NCBI GenBank assembly: GCA_046728235.1
Contig: JBKPEE010000033.1
Coordinates: 222-64,221, forward strand
Origin: Acidobacteriota bacterium
GTDB lineage: Bacteria > Acidobacteriota > Blastocatellia > Pyrinomonadales > Pyrinomonadaceae
Length of the DNA stretch: 64,000 nucleotides
Direction of reading: 5' to 3'
Shown: positions 18,969 to 28,054 of the stretch, piece after piece
Layout: each line of letters opens with the position of its first letter
How positions within the stretch are numbered: the first letter of the stretch is position 1
Position numbers and translations under genes: made by a program
Notes under the pieces: generated by a model
What the model was told of the DNA's origin: nothing
Seen by the model: only the letters and a program-made list of their open reading frames with translations
Database searches by the model: none

Positions 18969-20897
18969 TTGTCTGAAAAAGAAACCGGCCAAAGAGCCAC
19001 GCTTCTGGATATCGAACAAGCGGCGAAGGTCATGCCGCTGGCGAAGTTTCTCAGAAGTGTGCAAAGCAAGAGCAACCTGTCGCGGCGTGAGCGGCTGCGC
19101 ATTGTGGACCAGTCAATCATGCTGCTGGAGACGAATTATGTGCACCTGCCGCTCAAGCGCGCTATGCATGCCATCGATCCGATTCAGCGATTGAAATTAT
19201 TGAAATTCCGAATCGAAACCGGCGGCAGAGAATTGTACAGCGGCATGCAGTTTCACCAGCGGATGCTCGAGATCTTTGCTTCGCTCCGCGATCTGCACAC
19301 GCTTTACCTCTTGCCGGTGCCTTTTAAGAGCCACACGGCCTTTCTACCTTTTCTGGTTGAGCAGTATTTCGAAAAACAAGGTAAGAAACTGACCGATAGG
19401 TTTTTGATAACGCGGGTGGTTGATGAGTTTATGCCGGCTCGGGCCGGAGCGGAGTGGGCTAACTTCAAACCTGGCGTGGAAGTTCTTTATTGGAATGGAG
19501 TTCCCATTCGCCGTGCGATCGAAATCAACGGCGAGAGCCAGGCCGGCAGCAACCCGGAAGCCCGGTTCGCGCGTGGCCTGGACAACCTGACGATTCGCCC
19601 GTTGGAGATGTCTTTGCCTCCTGACGAAAAGTGGGTTGAGATCACCTACCGGTCGGAACATGGCAAAACGCTGACGGTAAAACTGGATTGGCTGGTCTAT
19701 AACTCGGACGAGAAACCGCTGGCTATGCAAGCGACGAAAAAAAGGCGCGCGGCGATCGACATCAAAAAGACCAAGATAAACCAGCTCAAGAAAAAGTTCT
19801 TCTCTTCGCAGGACATCAAGGTGCGCGGCCGTTTTGCAGATAACTTTTATGTCGAGACCAGGAAAATAGATGGTCGCGAACTCGGCTATCTGCGGCTTTT
19901 CAGTTTTGACGTCGAGGAATCAGATGACCTGGTGAACGAGATCAAGCGCGTAATAACCGAAGACAACTTCCCCGGGCAGGGCTTAATCATCGATGTGCGC
20001 GGAAACGGCGGCGGAAAGATTCGCGCCGGCGAACGAATCCTTCAGTTTTTCACGCCGCGGCGGATCAAACCTGAATTGTTCGAATTCATCAACTCGGCCG
20101 TTAACCTGGAAATCTGCCAGCGCGATCCGCGTTATCATCCGTGGGCGGCTTCGATTGCCGAAGCGGTGGTGACCGGCGCCACTTATTCGCTGGGTTTTCC
20201 GGTAAGCTCGGACAAAGACTGCAACAACATCGGACAGCTTTATCACGGGCCGGTGATTCTGATCACCGATGCGCTGTCCTACAGCACCACAGATATGTTT
20301 GCGGCCGGGTTTCAGGATAACGAGGTCGGACAAGTCCTGGGCACCAGCGACAACACCGGGGCCGGCGGGGCGAACGTCTGGTCGTACGACGACCTTGCCA
20401 AAGCCGTGGGGAAATCTTCCCGATCGCGGTTCAAGCCGCTGCCGCGCAAGGCCGACCTGGCCATCGCCATGCGTCGCAGCATTCGCGTTGGGCAGCGAGA
20501 GGGCCGGCCGCTGGAAGAGTTGGGAATTGCGCCTGATTATCGTCACTACATGACGAAACGCGATCTGATGAACAACAACGTGGATCTGGTCACCCACGCT
20601 GCGCATCTGATCGCCGGCAAGCCGATCTATTCGCTTTCAGTCCGACCGGCGAAAAGCAAGGGCCGCGGTTTGCGAATCGAGGCATCTTCCCAAGTACGTC
20701 CCCGCGACAGAAAAAAGCAGATTTCTCACGTCGATGTTTTTGTAAATGGGCGACCACATAGCACGCTGACAGCGCTAAACGGTGCGGTGCGCGGCGCGAC
20801 CGTCTTGCTGGATAAGTCAAACACCACGGTCGATTGGCTGGTCCAGGCATTCGATCATGTCAACCGGCTGGTCGCCGCCTCTCGCCGCCACCGGTAG
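18969..20897 (+). CDS. S41-family peptidase-like protein without a signal peptide
   Basis: IIDVRGNGGG motif, LITDALSYSTTDMFAAGF (candidate nucleophile Ser region) and ELGIAPD motif. Start uncertain (TTG at 18969 or ATG at 19032). Confidence 0.65.
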   Translation: MSEKETGQRATLLDIEQAAKVMPLAKFLRSVQSKSNLSRRERLRIVDQSIMLLETNYVHLPLKRAMHAIDPIQRLKLLKFRIETGGRELYSGMQFHQRMLEIFASLRDLHTLYLLPVPFKSHTAFLPFLVEQYFEKQGKKLTDRFLITRVVDEFMPARAGAEWANFKPGVEVLYWNGVPIRRAIEINGESQAGSNPEARFARGLDNLTIRPLEMSLPPDEKWVEITYRSEHGKTLTVKLDWLVYNSDEKPLAMQATKKRRAAIDIKKTKINQLKKKFFSSQDIKVRGRFADNFYVETRKIDGRELGYLRLFSFDVEESDDLVNEIKRVITEDNFPGQGLIIDVRGNGGGKIRAGERILQFFTPRRIKPELFEFINSAVNLEICQRDPRYHPWAASIAEAVVTGATYSLGFPVSSDKDCNNIGQLYHGPVILITDALSYSTTDMFAAGFQDNEVGQVLGTSDNTGAGGANVWSYDDLAKAVGKSSRSRFKPLPRKADLAIAMRRSIRVGQREGRPLEELGIAPDYRHYMTKRDLMNNNVDLVTHAAHLIAGKPIYSLSVRPAKSKGRGLRIEASSQVRPRDRKKQISHVDVFVNGRPHSTLTALNGAVRGATVLLDKSNTTVDWLVQAFDHVNRLVAASRRHR

Positions 20898-21007
20898 CCA
20901 ATAATATTCAGCGCCATCCAACATGATATGCTGGTTTTTCGCAGCTATCCCGACCGTACTTTCGAAGTCGGTTTTTCTTCCGATTAGTGCCAATCGAGTA
21001 AAGATCG

Positions 21008-21478
21008 ATGTCTGGGCAATTGAAAATAGAATGCGTCGTAAACAACGAGCAGCGAACGCTCGAGGCTTATCCCATGGAGCGCCTGCTCGATGTCCTGCGC
21101 GAACAATTGAATCTTACTGGCACTAAAGAGGGCTGTGGCGAAGGAGAGTGCGGCGCCTGCAGTGTTTTGATTGATGGACAGATCGTCAACAGTTGTTTGG
21201 TGCCGGTCGCACAAGTTGACGGTTGCTCGATCAAAACGATCGAAGGTGTTTGGATCAGCGAAAACCAACTACATGCGGTCCAACAGGCGTTCATCGAATG
21301 CGGCGGCGCGCAGTGTGGCATCTGCACGCCGGGGATGGTCATCGCGGCGGTCGGTCTGCTGGAGAAGAATCCGCATCCTGATGAGGCAGCGATTCGCGAA
21401 GGTCTGGCTGGAAATCTCTGCCGGTGTACTGGATACATGAAGATTTTTGAGTCAGTAGTGCGGGCATGTGAGAAATGA
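21008..21478 (+). CDS. xanthine dehydrogenase family (2Fe-2S)-binding small subunit
   Basis: CGEGECGACSV, CGICTPG and CRCTGY cluster motifs. 156 aa. Confidence 0.9.
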   Translation: MSGQLKIECVVNNEQRTLEAYPMERLLDVLREQLNLTGTKEGCGEGECGACSVLIDGQIVNSCLVPVAQVDGCSIKTIEGVWISENQLHAVQQAFIECGGAQCGICTPGMVIAAVGLLEKNPHPDEAAIREGLAGNLCRCTGYMKIFESVVRACEK

Positions 21479-22346
21479 CATGAGAGCTTACATTCCCTCC
21501 TACCAGCTCATTTCTCCCCAAAGTCTCGACGAAGCCCTTGATCTTCTTGCGGAGAACGACGGCGCCTGGAAACCTTTCGCAGGTGGCACCGACCTGATGG
21601 TGCTGCTCGAAGCCGGCAATCTACCGCATCAGAACTACGTCAACATCTGGAACCTGAAAGAGCTGCGCGGGATCCAGGTAGGCGATTCGCGCGTCACTCT
21701 CGGCGCGCTGACCACGTATACCGAGGTCCAGGCTCAGCCAATCCTGCGCGCTGAATTTCCGATGCTCTGCCAGGCGGCAAAAGAGACCGGCGGCATGGCG
21801 ATCCAGAACCGCGGCACGCTGGGTGGCAACATCGTCAATGCTTCACCTGCGGCTGACTCGCCACCCGCCTTACTTGCCTATGACGCCGATCTGGAATTGA
21901 TTTCAAAATCAGGAACCAGAACAATTTCCTACGCGAAATTCCACCGCGGCTATAAACAGATGGACCTGCGCGAGGACGAGTTACTGATTGCGATTCATCT
22001 GCCGCGCGACAAAGCTCAACGCCTTCATTACTATCGTAAAGTGGGCACCCGTAAAGCACAGGCAATTTCAAAAGTGTGTTTTGCCGGCCTTGCCGAGGTC
22101 GACAGCAACACTGTCAAGCATGCGCGCATTGCGCTCGGCAGCGTGGCGCCCATTCCAATTCGTTGTGAAAGAACCGAAGCGGCGCTGCGGAATCAGCCGC
22201 TAACCAGTGCTATCGTCAAATCTGCCGCCTCAACCCTGGCTGCCGAGATTGCTCCCATCGATGACATCCGTTCGACCCGTGATTATCGTCTGCGCGTCTC
22301 ACTGAACCTGCTACGCGACTTTTTGTCGCGTGCTGCGACCCTCTGA
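21468..22346 (+). CDS. xanthine dehydrogenase family FAD-binding subunit (CoxM/XdhB-like)
   Basis: AGGTDL and TLGGN motifs and the C-terminal PIDDIRSTRDYR motif. An alternative ATG at 21480 lies 1 nt after the upstream stop. Confidence 0.85.
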   Translation: MRNDMRAYIPSYQLISPQSLDEALDLLAENDGAWKPFAGGTDLMVLLEAGNLPHQNYVNIWNLKELRGIQVGDSRVTLGALTTYTEVQAQPILRAEFPMLCQAAKETGGMAIQNRGTLGGNIVNASPAADSPPALLAYDADLELISKSGTRTISYAKFHRGYKQMDLREDELLIAIHLPRDKAQRLHYYRKVGTRKAQAISKVCFAGLAEVDSNTVKHARIALGSVAPIPIRCERTEAALRNQPLTSAIVKSAASTLAAEIAPIDDIRSTRDYRLRVSLNLLRDFLSRAATL

Positions 22347-22411
22347 CGGGTAACTCAGCATCCAAGGTAGTCCGTTCTCCGGCGGTGAGTTACAATCGCG
22401 CTTCATCTTTC

Positions 22412-23584
22412 ATGAAAGTTATCGCGCCCCCAGCGAAGCTTTATGTCTTGGCCGCGATCGCGGCCCTGCTTCTTTTTTCCACCGCCGGATACGCGCAAAC
22501 CTCAAAAGAGCGCCCGCTTAATATGTTGGTACTTGGCGATTCGATTTCCTGGGGTCAGGGATTAAAGGACGAACACAAAGCCTCTTACCTGGTGAAGAGC
22601 TGGTTGCAGCAGGAGACGGGTCGTGAAGTGCGAGAGCTGATCGAGGCGCACTCCGGTGCCGTTATCGGATCGGTGGATCCGCCATCTGATACAGCTGCTC
22701 GTGATGCTGCGCTTGACCTGGATGGCGAACTTAGTCGCGCCTATCCAACTATCAATGATCAGATTGACCAAGCGGTGATGGCCTTTACAAATCCGGCACT
22801 GGTCGATCTGGTGCTGGTCAATGGATGCATAAACGACCTGGACTCGCGCCGTTTGCTGAACGCAGCGAATACTCCCGACAACATTCGCGAGCTGGCGCAG
22901 GCCAAATGCGGTGAGCCGGTCGAGGCATTGTTGACGCGCATCACCACAATCTTTCCCGCGGCCCATGTTGTGATCATCGGGTATTACCCAATCCTCACTG
23001 AAAAGTCCGCCAACGATCTATTCATGCGCGCATTGGCCAAACGTTTCTATTTGCCGTCGCCCGGCGCGCCGAAGATGAATGACAAGACCTTGCGCGCGCG
23101 CCTGATTGCAATCTCGCGCGAGTGGTACCAGACCTCGGATCAAATGCTTTCGACCGCCGCTCGGAAAGTAGATGCGCAGCTACAAGCCAAGGGGTCACAC
23201 CAGCGCGTGTTGTTTGCGGATGCCGGTTTTCGACCGGAAAACGCGTTCGCTGCCAAACAGTCGCGCCTGTGGGGTTTCGACGCTTCATGGTTGCGAAAGA
23301 TGCTGGTGGTTCTCACGCTGGGCCGAGTGCAGCTGCGGTCAAATGACGAAAGACGGTCGTTTCGCAGCGACCTTTGCAAGTCATTTTTCAAAAAGTCCGA
23401 GAACGAGACCCCGGAACAAAAAGCCGCGCGCGATGACCGCTTGCTGCGCTGCCGTCTGGCCGCGGTCGCGCACCCCAACCGCAAGGGCGCGGCCATGTAT
23501 GCTGACGCCATCGGGCGGATGCTAAAACCAATAGTCAGCCAGGGAGCATGGCTGAGAACTGACCCGTTAACGACGCCGCCTTAA
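22412..23584 (+). CDS. SGNH/GDSL hydrolase family protein, exported
   Basis: Signal peptide followed by VLGDSISWGQG (block I Ser). ATG at 22412 chosen over the longer ORF. Confidence 0.7.
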   Translation: MKVIAPPAKLYVLAAIAALLLFSTAGYAQTSKERPLNMLVLGDSISWGQGLKDEHKASYLVKSWLQQETGREVRELIEAHSGAVIGSVDPPSDTAARDAALDLDGELSRAYPTINDQIDQAVMAFTNPALVDLVLVNGCINDLDSRRLLNAANTPDNIRELAQAKCGEPVEALLTRITTIFPAAHVVIIGYYPILTEKSANDLFMRALAKRFYLPSPGAPKMNDKTLRARLIAISREWYQTSDQMLSTAARKVDAQLQAKGSHQRVLFADAGFRPENAFAAKQSRLWGFDASWLRKMLVVLTLGRVQLRSNDERRSFRSDLCKSFFKKSENETPEQKAARDDRLLRCRLAAVAHPNRKGAAMYADAIGRMLKPIVSQGAWLRTDPLTTPP

Positions 23585-23671
23585 TCCTCTACAGCCGGCT
23601 TTCGTGGAAAATCAGTATTGCGCGCACGCCCCACCCGTGCTAAATGTGCCGCTGCGGATGGAGGGCCCTCA

Positions 23672-24418
23672 ATGAATCAAAACTATGCTGAATTTCGCCG
23701 TGGCGTCATCTCGCCGATGGAATGTATTAAGGAAGGATGGGCGCTGATCAGGGATCAGTATTGGTTGTACTTTGGCATTTCGATCGTCGGCATTCTGATT
23801 GGCGGCGTGGTTCCCATCGTTCTGCTGGGACCGATGATGGTGGGAGTTTTCATGTGCCTCCAGCAAAGACAACGGAACCAGCCGGTGGAATTCGGCACCT
23901 TGTTCAAAGGCTTTGAGCTTTTTGTTCAGGGCCTGGTGGTAACCGTGCTAAAGATGATACCTGTGATCGTGTTGCTGATCCCCTACTACGTCTTTTTGCT
24001 CGGCATGATGGCCACGACCATGCCGCGCGAAGAGCACCCGTCTCCCGAGGCAATGCGGCAATTCTTCTTTTCGTTTTTTGGATTTGAAATCGTTTTCTTC
24101 GTCACGATCATGACGGTGAGCATTCTGATAGAAATCTTTTTCATGCTCGCTTACCCGTTGGTGGCCGATCGCAAGTTGTCCGGTCTGGATGCCGTGAAAC
24201 TGAGCTTCCGGGCGTCGAAAGCAAACTTTGGCGGAATTCTGGGATTGATGCTTTTGAATGCGCTCTTCGGGTTTATAGGCGTGTTGTGCTGCTTTGTCGG
24301 CGTCTATTTCTATTTGCCGGTCGCCTTTGCTTCTCAGGCGGTCGCCTATCGCCGCGTGTTTCCGGATCTGGGATCGCCATTGCCCTCGCCGCCGCCACCC
24401 CCGGGTAACTGGGCCTAG
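23672..24418 (+). CDS. integral membrane protein of unknown function
   Basis: About 5 hydrophobic helices and a Pro-rich C-terminus. ATG at 23672 is preceded by ggatggaggg. Confidence 0.6.
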   Translation: MNQNYAEFRRGVISPMECIKEGWALIRDQYWLYFGISIVGILIGGVVPIVLLGPMMVGVFMCLQQRQRNQPVEFGTLFKGFELFVQGLVVTVLKMIPVIVLLIPYYVFLLGMMATTMPREEHPSPEAMRQFFFSFFGFEIVFFVTIMTVSILIEIFFMLAYPLVADRKLSGLDAVKLSFRASKANFGGILGLMLLNALFGFIGVLCCFVGVYFYLPVAFASQAVAYRRVFPDLGSPLPSPPPPPGNWA

Positions 24419-24421
24419 CTG

Positions 24422-25789
24422 ATGCGTCCTCCCGATCTCGTAATTCGCGGAAAGCGGGTCGTAACTGAAGATTCGGTTGGGCCGGCGTCTGTTCACATAA
24501 CGCGCCACTACATTTCCGCGATTTCGATCTGGGAAGATGTGCCCGCTGGCTGCAAACTGATCGAAGCTGCACCCGAATCAATCGTGATGCCCGGACTCGT
24601 TGATACGCACGTGCATGTCAACGAGCCGGGGCGAGCTGACTGGGAAGGATTTGATACGGCCACCCGCGCGGCAGCTGCTGGCGGCGTCACGACCATCGTG
24701 GATATGCCCCTGAATTCCATTCCGGCAACCACCACGCTGCCGGCGTTACAAGCGAAGTTGGCCGCCACGGGGAACAAGTTGCATGTCGACGTGGGATTCT
24801 GGGGTGGAGTCATACCGGGGAACACTGGCGAACTACAGAAATTGTGGGAAGCAGGAGTCGCAGGTTTCAAGTGTTTCCTGATTCATTCGGGCGTCGATGA
24901 GTTTCCCAATGTCACGGAAACAGATCTACGAGCAGCGATGCCCGAACTCGCGCGATTGGGCGCGACCTTAATCGTTCATGCTGAGGTGCCCGGTCCAGTC
25001 GACGCGTGCTGCCAATCGATCGCCGGCGCGCGCAGCAGCTCCTACCAAACGTTCCTCCGATCGCGTCCGCGCGCCGCGGAAGATCAAGCCGTTGAGCTGA
25101 TGATCAAACTAGCGCGCGAAACTGGGTGCAGAATTCACATTGTGCATCACTCTTCGGCCGACGCTTTGCCCATGCTGCGGCAGGCAAAGTCGCACGGGTT
25201 ACGACTCACAGTTGAGACCTGCCCGCATTATTTGCACTTTTGCGCCGAGGATATTCCTGAGAAAGCCACGGAATTCAAGTGCTGCCCGCCAATTCGAGAG
25301 GCCGAAAATCGCGAACAACTCTGGGAGGCGTTGCGCGACGGCACCATCGATTTTGTGGTTTCGGATCACTCGCCTTGCCCGCCCGAGATGAAGTTGCGCG
25401 CCCAAGGTGATTTCATGAACGCGTGGGGCGGAATTTCTTCTTTGCAGTTGCGTCTGCCCATAGTTTGGACTGACGCGCGCGCGCGCGGATTTACTGTCGA
25501 GCAGATGGTGCGATGGCTGTGCGCCAGGCCCGCTCAGCAAGTGGGCTTTGGTCATCTGAAGGGTGCGATCAAGTCAGGCGCCGATGCGGACATTGTGATT
25601 TGGAATCCGGATGCCGAGTTCCGGGTCGACGCCGCGATGCTCGAGCATCGCCACAAGCTTACTCCGTACGCGGGTGAACTGTTGCACGGAGTCATAGAAA
25701 AGACTCTGGTCCGCGGTCAAATCGTTTATGATAGCGGCGAGTTTATTTCATCTTTTGGCGGCCAAACACTCTTGCGGCAAAATCATTAA
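24422..25789 (+). CDS. allB: allantoinase
   Basis: Cyclic amidohydrolase motifs GLVDTHVHVNEPGR and FKCF, with a SDHSP region. Sits next to allantoicase. Confidence 0.9.
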   Translation: MRPPDLVIRGKRVVTEDSVGPASVHITRHYISAISIWEDVPAGCKLIEAAPESIVMPGLVDTHVHVNEPGRADWEGFDTATRAAAAGGVTTIVDMPLNSIPATTTLPALQAKLAATGNKLHVDVGFWGGVIPGNTGELQKLWEAGVAGFKCFLIHSGVDEFPNVTETDLRAAMPELARLGATLIVHAEVPGPVDACCQSIAGARSSSYQTFLRSRPRAAEDQAVELMIKLARETGCRIHIVHHSSADALPMLRQAKSHGLRLTVETCPHYLHFCAEDIPEKATEFKCCPPIREAENREQLWEALRDGTIDFVVSDHSPCPPEMKLRAQGDFMNAWGGISSLQLRLPIVWTDARARGFTVEQMVRWLCARPAQQVGFGHLKGAIKSGADADIVIWNPDAEFRVDAAMLEHRHKLTPYAGELLHGVIEKTLVRGQIVYDSGEFISSFGGQTLLRQNH

Positions 25790-25843
25790 GCGCTGTTCGT
25801 CCGGCCCCTTTTCCTTTAATTCTCTCGGTGTCCTGGTTCTTCT

Positions 25844-26848
25844 GTGGCAGACTTTATGGACTTCACCGAACTCGTTGATCTCGCATCTGAACGCCTCGGC
25901 GGCGCGGTGCTTTACGCCAACGACGATTTCTTTGCGCCGAAAGAAAATCTCTTGAAGCCCTCTGCGCCTGTGTTTGTCGAAGGGAAGTACACCGACCACG
26001 GCAAATGGATGGATGGGTGGGAGTCGCGCCGCCGCCGCACGCCTGGATTCGACTGGTGCATCATCAGACTCGGGCAACCAGGATTGATTCGCGGAGTAGT
26101 CGTTGATACGAGTCACTTCAAAGGCAATTTCCCGGAAGCCTGTTCACTCGATGCGGTGGCGATCGACGGCTCGCCGGCAACCGCAGAATTGACGACTGAT
26201 TCAGTCCCGTGGATTGAGATACTGCCACAATCGAAACTAAACGGTGATTCACTAAACCCTTTTCCAATTGATGGTAATCAACGGTGGACCCACCTGCGGT
26301 TTAAGATCTTTCCGGACGGGGGCGTAGCGCGGCTGCGAGTCCACGGCGAGGTCGCGCCCGACTGGGATCGCTTGCGGGCAATCGGAGGCGAGATCGACCT
26401 GGCGGCGGTTGAGAATGGGGGCCGCGTGCTCGTGTGCAGCGATATGTTCTTCGGTCACCGCCATAACCTGATTATGGCGGGCCGGGCGGCGAATATGAGT
26501 GATGGTTGGGAGACGAAGCGCCGCCGCGGCGCGGGTTACGATTGGACGATCATTAGACTGGGCAGGCCGGGGCGCATTCGGCGTTTGGAGGTTGACACGT
26601 CATGGTTCAAAGGCAATTTTCCTGAGAGTTGCTCACTTGAAAGCTGTCACGCGCCGGATGCCGCGATTGAGACGTTGCAGGACGCAAAGTTTAGCTGGAA
26701 GCCGGTGCTCGCGCGCACGAAATTGCAGGCGCATGCGCGCCACTTCTTTGATGAAGTAATAGATGCCGGGGTCGCTTCCCACGTGCGATTTAACATTTTT
26801 CCGGACGGCGGGGTGAGCCGCTTGCGAGTCTGGGGAACGATTGAGTGA
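25844..26848 (+). CDS. alc: allantoicase
   Basis: Two tandem allantoicase repeats (DGWESRRRR / DGWETKRRRG, and DTSHFKGNFPE / DTSWFKGNFPE). Confidence 0.9.
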   Translation: MADFMDFTELVDLASERLGGAVLYANDDFFAPKENLLKPSAPVFVEGKYTDHGKWMDGWESRRRRTPGFDWCIIRLGQPGLIRGVVVDTSHFKGNFPEACSLDAVAIDGSPATAELTTDSVPWIEILPQSKLNGDSLNPFPIDGNQRWTHLRFKIFPDGGVARLRVHGEVAPDWDRLRAIGGEIDLAAVENGGRVLVCSDMFFGHRHNLIMAGRAANMSDGWETKRRRGAGYDWTIIRLGRPGRIRRLEVDTSWFKGNFPESCSLESCHAPDAAIETLQDAKFSWKPVLARTKLQAHARHFFDEVIDAGVASHVRFNIFPDGGVSRLRVWGTIE

Positions 26849-26924
26849 TTGAATCATTTACTCATTGATTCATTGATTCATGGTTTCATTGAATCAATCA
26901 ATGAGCCAATGAATCAATCAGTCA
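26847..26924. repeat. tandem-unit hairpin element (TCATTGAT units)
   Basis: ctcattgattcattgattca with inverted gaatcaatcaatgagccaatgaatcaatca. Spans the alc stop and the uraD start. Confidence 0.65.
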
Positions 26925-27433
26925 GCTGGCTGAATCGACAATCTGCGCAAGAAGCGGAAGCTGAGTTGCTGAAATGTTGCGGCTCCACGAAGTGGGCGCG
27001 CGCCATGGCCCAGGCGCGACCTTTTGCCAGCGAAGAAGAACTGTTGGCAAAATCCGACGAGGTTTCGGCGGGTTTGAAAGGCGAAGATTGGCTGGAAGCA
27101 TTTCGCGCTCACCCTAAAATTGGCGAGCAGAAAGCCGCCGAATCCCAAACGCCGCAGGAGCAACGCTGGTCAGCGCAGGAACAATCGGCCATGCAGGCCG
27201 CCTCTGCGGACACAATCGCGCAACTCGTGACCAGAAATCGAGAATATGAGGCGCGTTTCGGATTCATTTTCATCGTTTGCGCGACCGGGAAATCTCCCGG
27301 AGAGATGTTGGCGCTGCTGAACCGCCGAATTCACAACGATCCGGAGACTGAGTTGCAGGTTGCCGCTGACCAACAGCGGAGGATCACACGTTTGAGATTG
27401 GAGAAGTTGCTAAGGCAATGCGCAATGCCCTGA
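26909..27433 (+). CDS. uraD: 2-oxo-4-hydroxy-4-carboxy-5-ureidoimidazoline (OHCU) decarboxylase
   Basis: CCGSTKWA, AHPKIG and FIFIVCATGKS motifs. About 174 aa from the internal ATG at 26909. Confidence 0.85.
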   Translation: MNQSVSWLNRQSAQEAEAELLKCCGSTKWARAMAQARPFASEEELLAKSDEVSAGLKGEDWLEAFRAHPKIGEQKAAESQTPQEQRWSAQEQSAMQAASADTIAQLVTRNREYEARFGFIFIVCATGKSPGEMLALLNRRIHNDPETELQVAADQQRRITRLRLEKLLRQCAMP

Positions 27434-27496
27434 CTGACCGGAGCGCAAGCGTCCTCGCTTGATTATCCTGCAACCGGGACCGCTTGCGCTCCAGTC
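27431..27496. repeat. GGAGCGC...GCGCTCC hairpin element, copy 1
   Basis: ggagcgcaagcg pairs with cgcttgcgctcc (12-bp stem). Near-identical ends occur at 42891..42970, with a related copy at 31373..31492. Confidence 0.7.
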
Positions 27497-27502
27497 GATT
27501 GC

Positions 27503-27547
27503 GTCGTGACGTTTCGTGACTTTTCCGGTGTTTTCGTGGATCGTATT
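27503..27547. repeat. TTCGTGACTTTTC...TTTCGTGGATCGTATT element, copy 1
   Basis: About 31/35 identical to 62838..62875. Confidence 0.65.
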
Positions 27548-27573
27548 GCATTCCGTTCGCGACCCTGGAAGCC

Positions 27574-27912
27574 ATGAGCGCGATTACTACACACGTCCTT
27601 GACCTGTCACGCGGCTGCCCAGCGGTGGGCGTTCCGGTAATACTCGAGGTTGAAGCTGCCGGCGCGTTCAAACCCATCGGCAAAGGGATCACGAACGCGG
27701 ATGGAAGAATCACAGATTTGCTGGCGAGCGAATCCATTGAAGCCGGCGTCTATCGCTTGACCTTTGATACCGGCAAGTATTTCGCCGTTCATAACGCGCA
27801 AACCTTTTACACAGAAGTGACGGTGACATTCAGAATCGAGGATTCGCGCCAGCACTATCACGTTCCTTTGTTGGTCAGTCCGTTCGGCTATTCCACCTAT
27901 CGCGGGAGTTGA
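27574..27912 (+). CDS. uraH: 5-hydroxyisourate hydrolase (transthyretin-like)
   Basis: 112 aa. HVLD N-terminal motif and the diagnostic C-terminal YSTYRGS. Confidence 0.9.
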   Translation: MSAITTHVLDLSRGCPAVGVPVILEVEAAGAFKPIGKGITNADGRITDLLASESIEAGVYRLTFDTGKYFAVHNAQTFYTEVTVTFRIEDSRQHYHVPLLVSPFGYSTYRGS

Positions 27913-27913
27913 C

Positions 27914-28034
27914 TTTTGGAGTACCGCCTTTGGGCGGAAGCTTTTTGGAGTACCGCCTTTAGGCGGTAATTTTCAGGTCGCTCCAAAGCCGGTACCGCGA
28001 ACTTGTGCGCCGCCGCCTAAAGGCGGTACTCCAA
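27914..28034. repeat. TTGGAGTACCGCCTTTAGGCGG element (two direct copies plus one inverted)
   Basis: Direct copies at 27914..27937 and 27943..27966. Inverted copy ccgcctaaaggcggtactccaa at 28013..28034. Confidence 0.75.
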
Positions 28035-28054
28035 GCCGGTTCTCCAGACTATTA

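Noticed and set aside
26846-26911. Allantoicase and the OHCU-decarboxylase ORF are in the same frame, separated by a single TGA followed by a hairpin. This could suggest stop-codon read-through, selenocysteine or a fusion protein.
   Set aside because: A shared frame has a one-in-three chance. The would-be linker is just a translated low-complexity repeat. The TGA does not align with any catalytic Cys. uraD has its own ATG at 26909, giving a normal-length protein.
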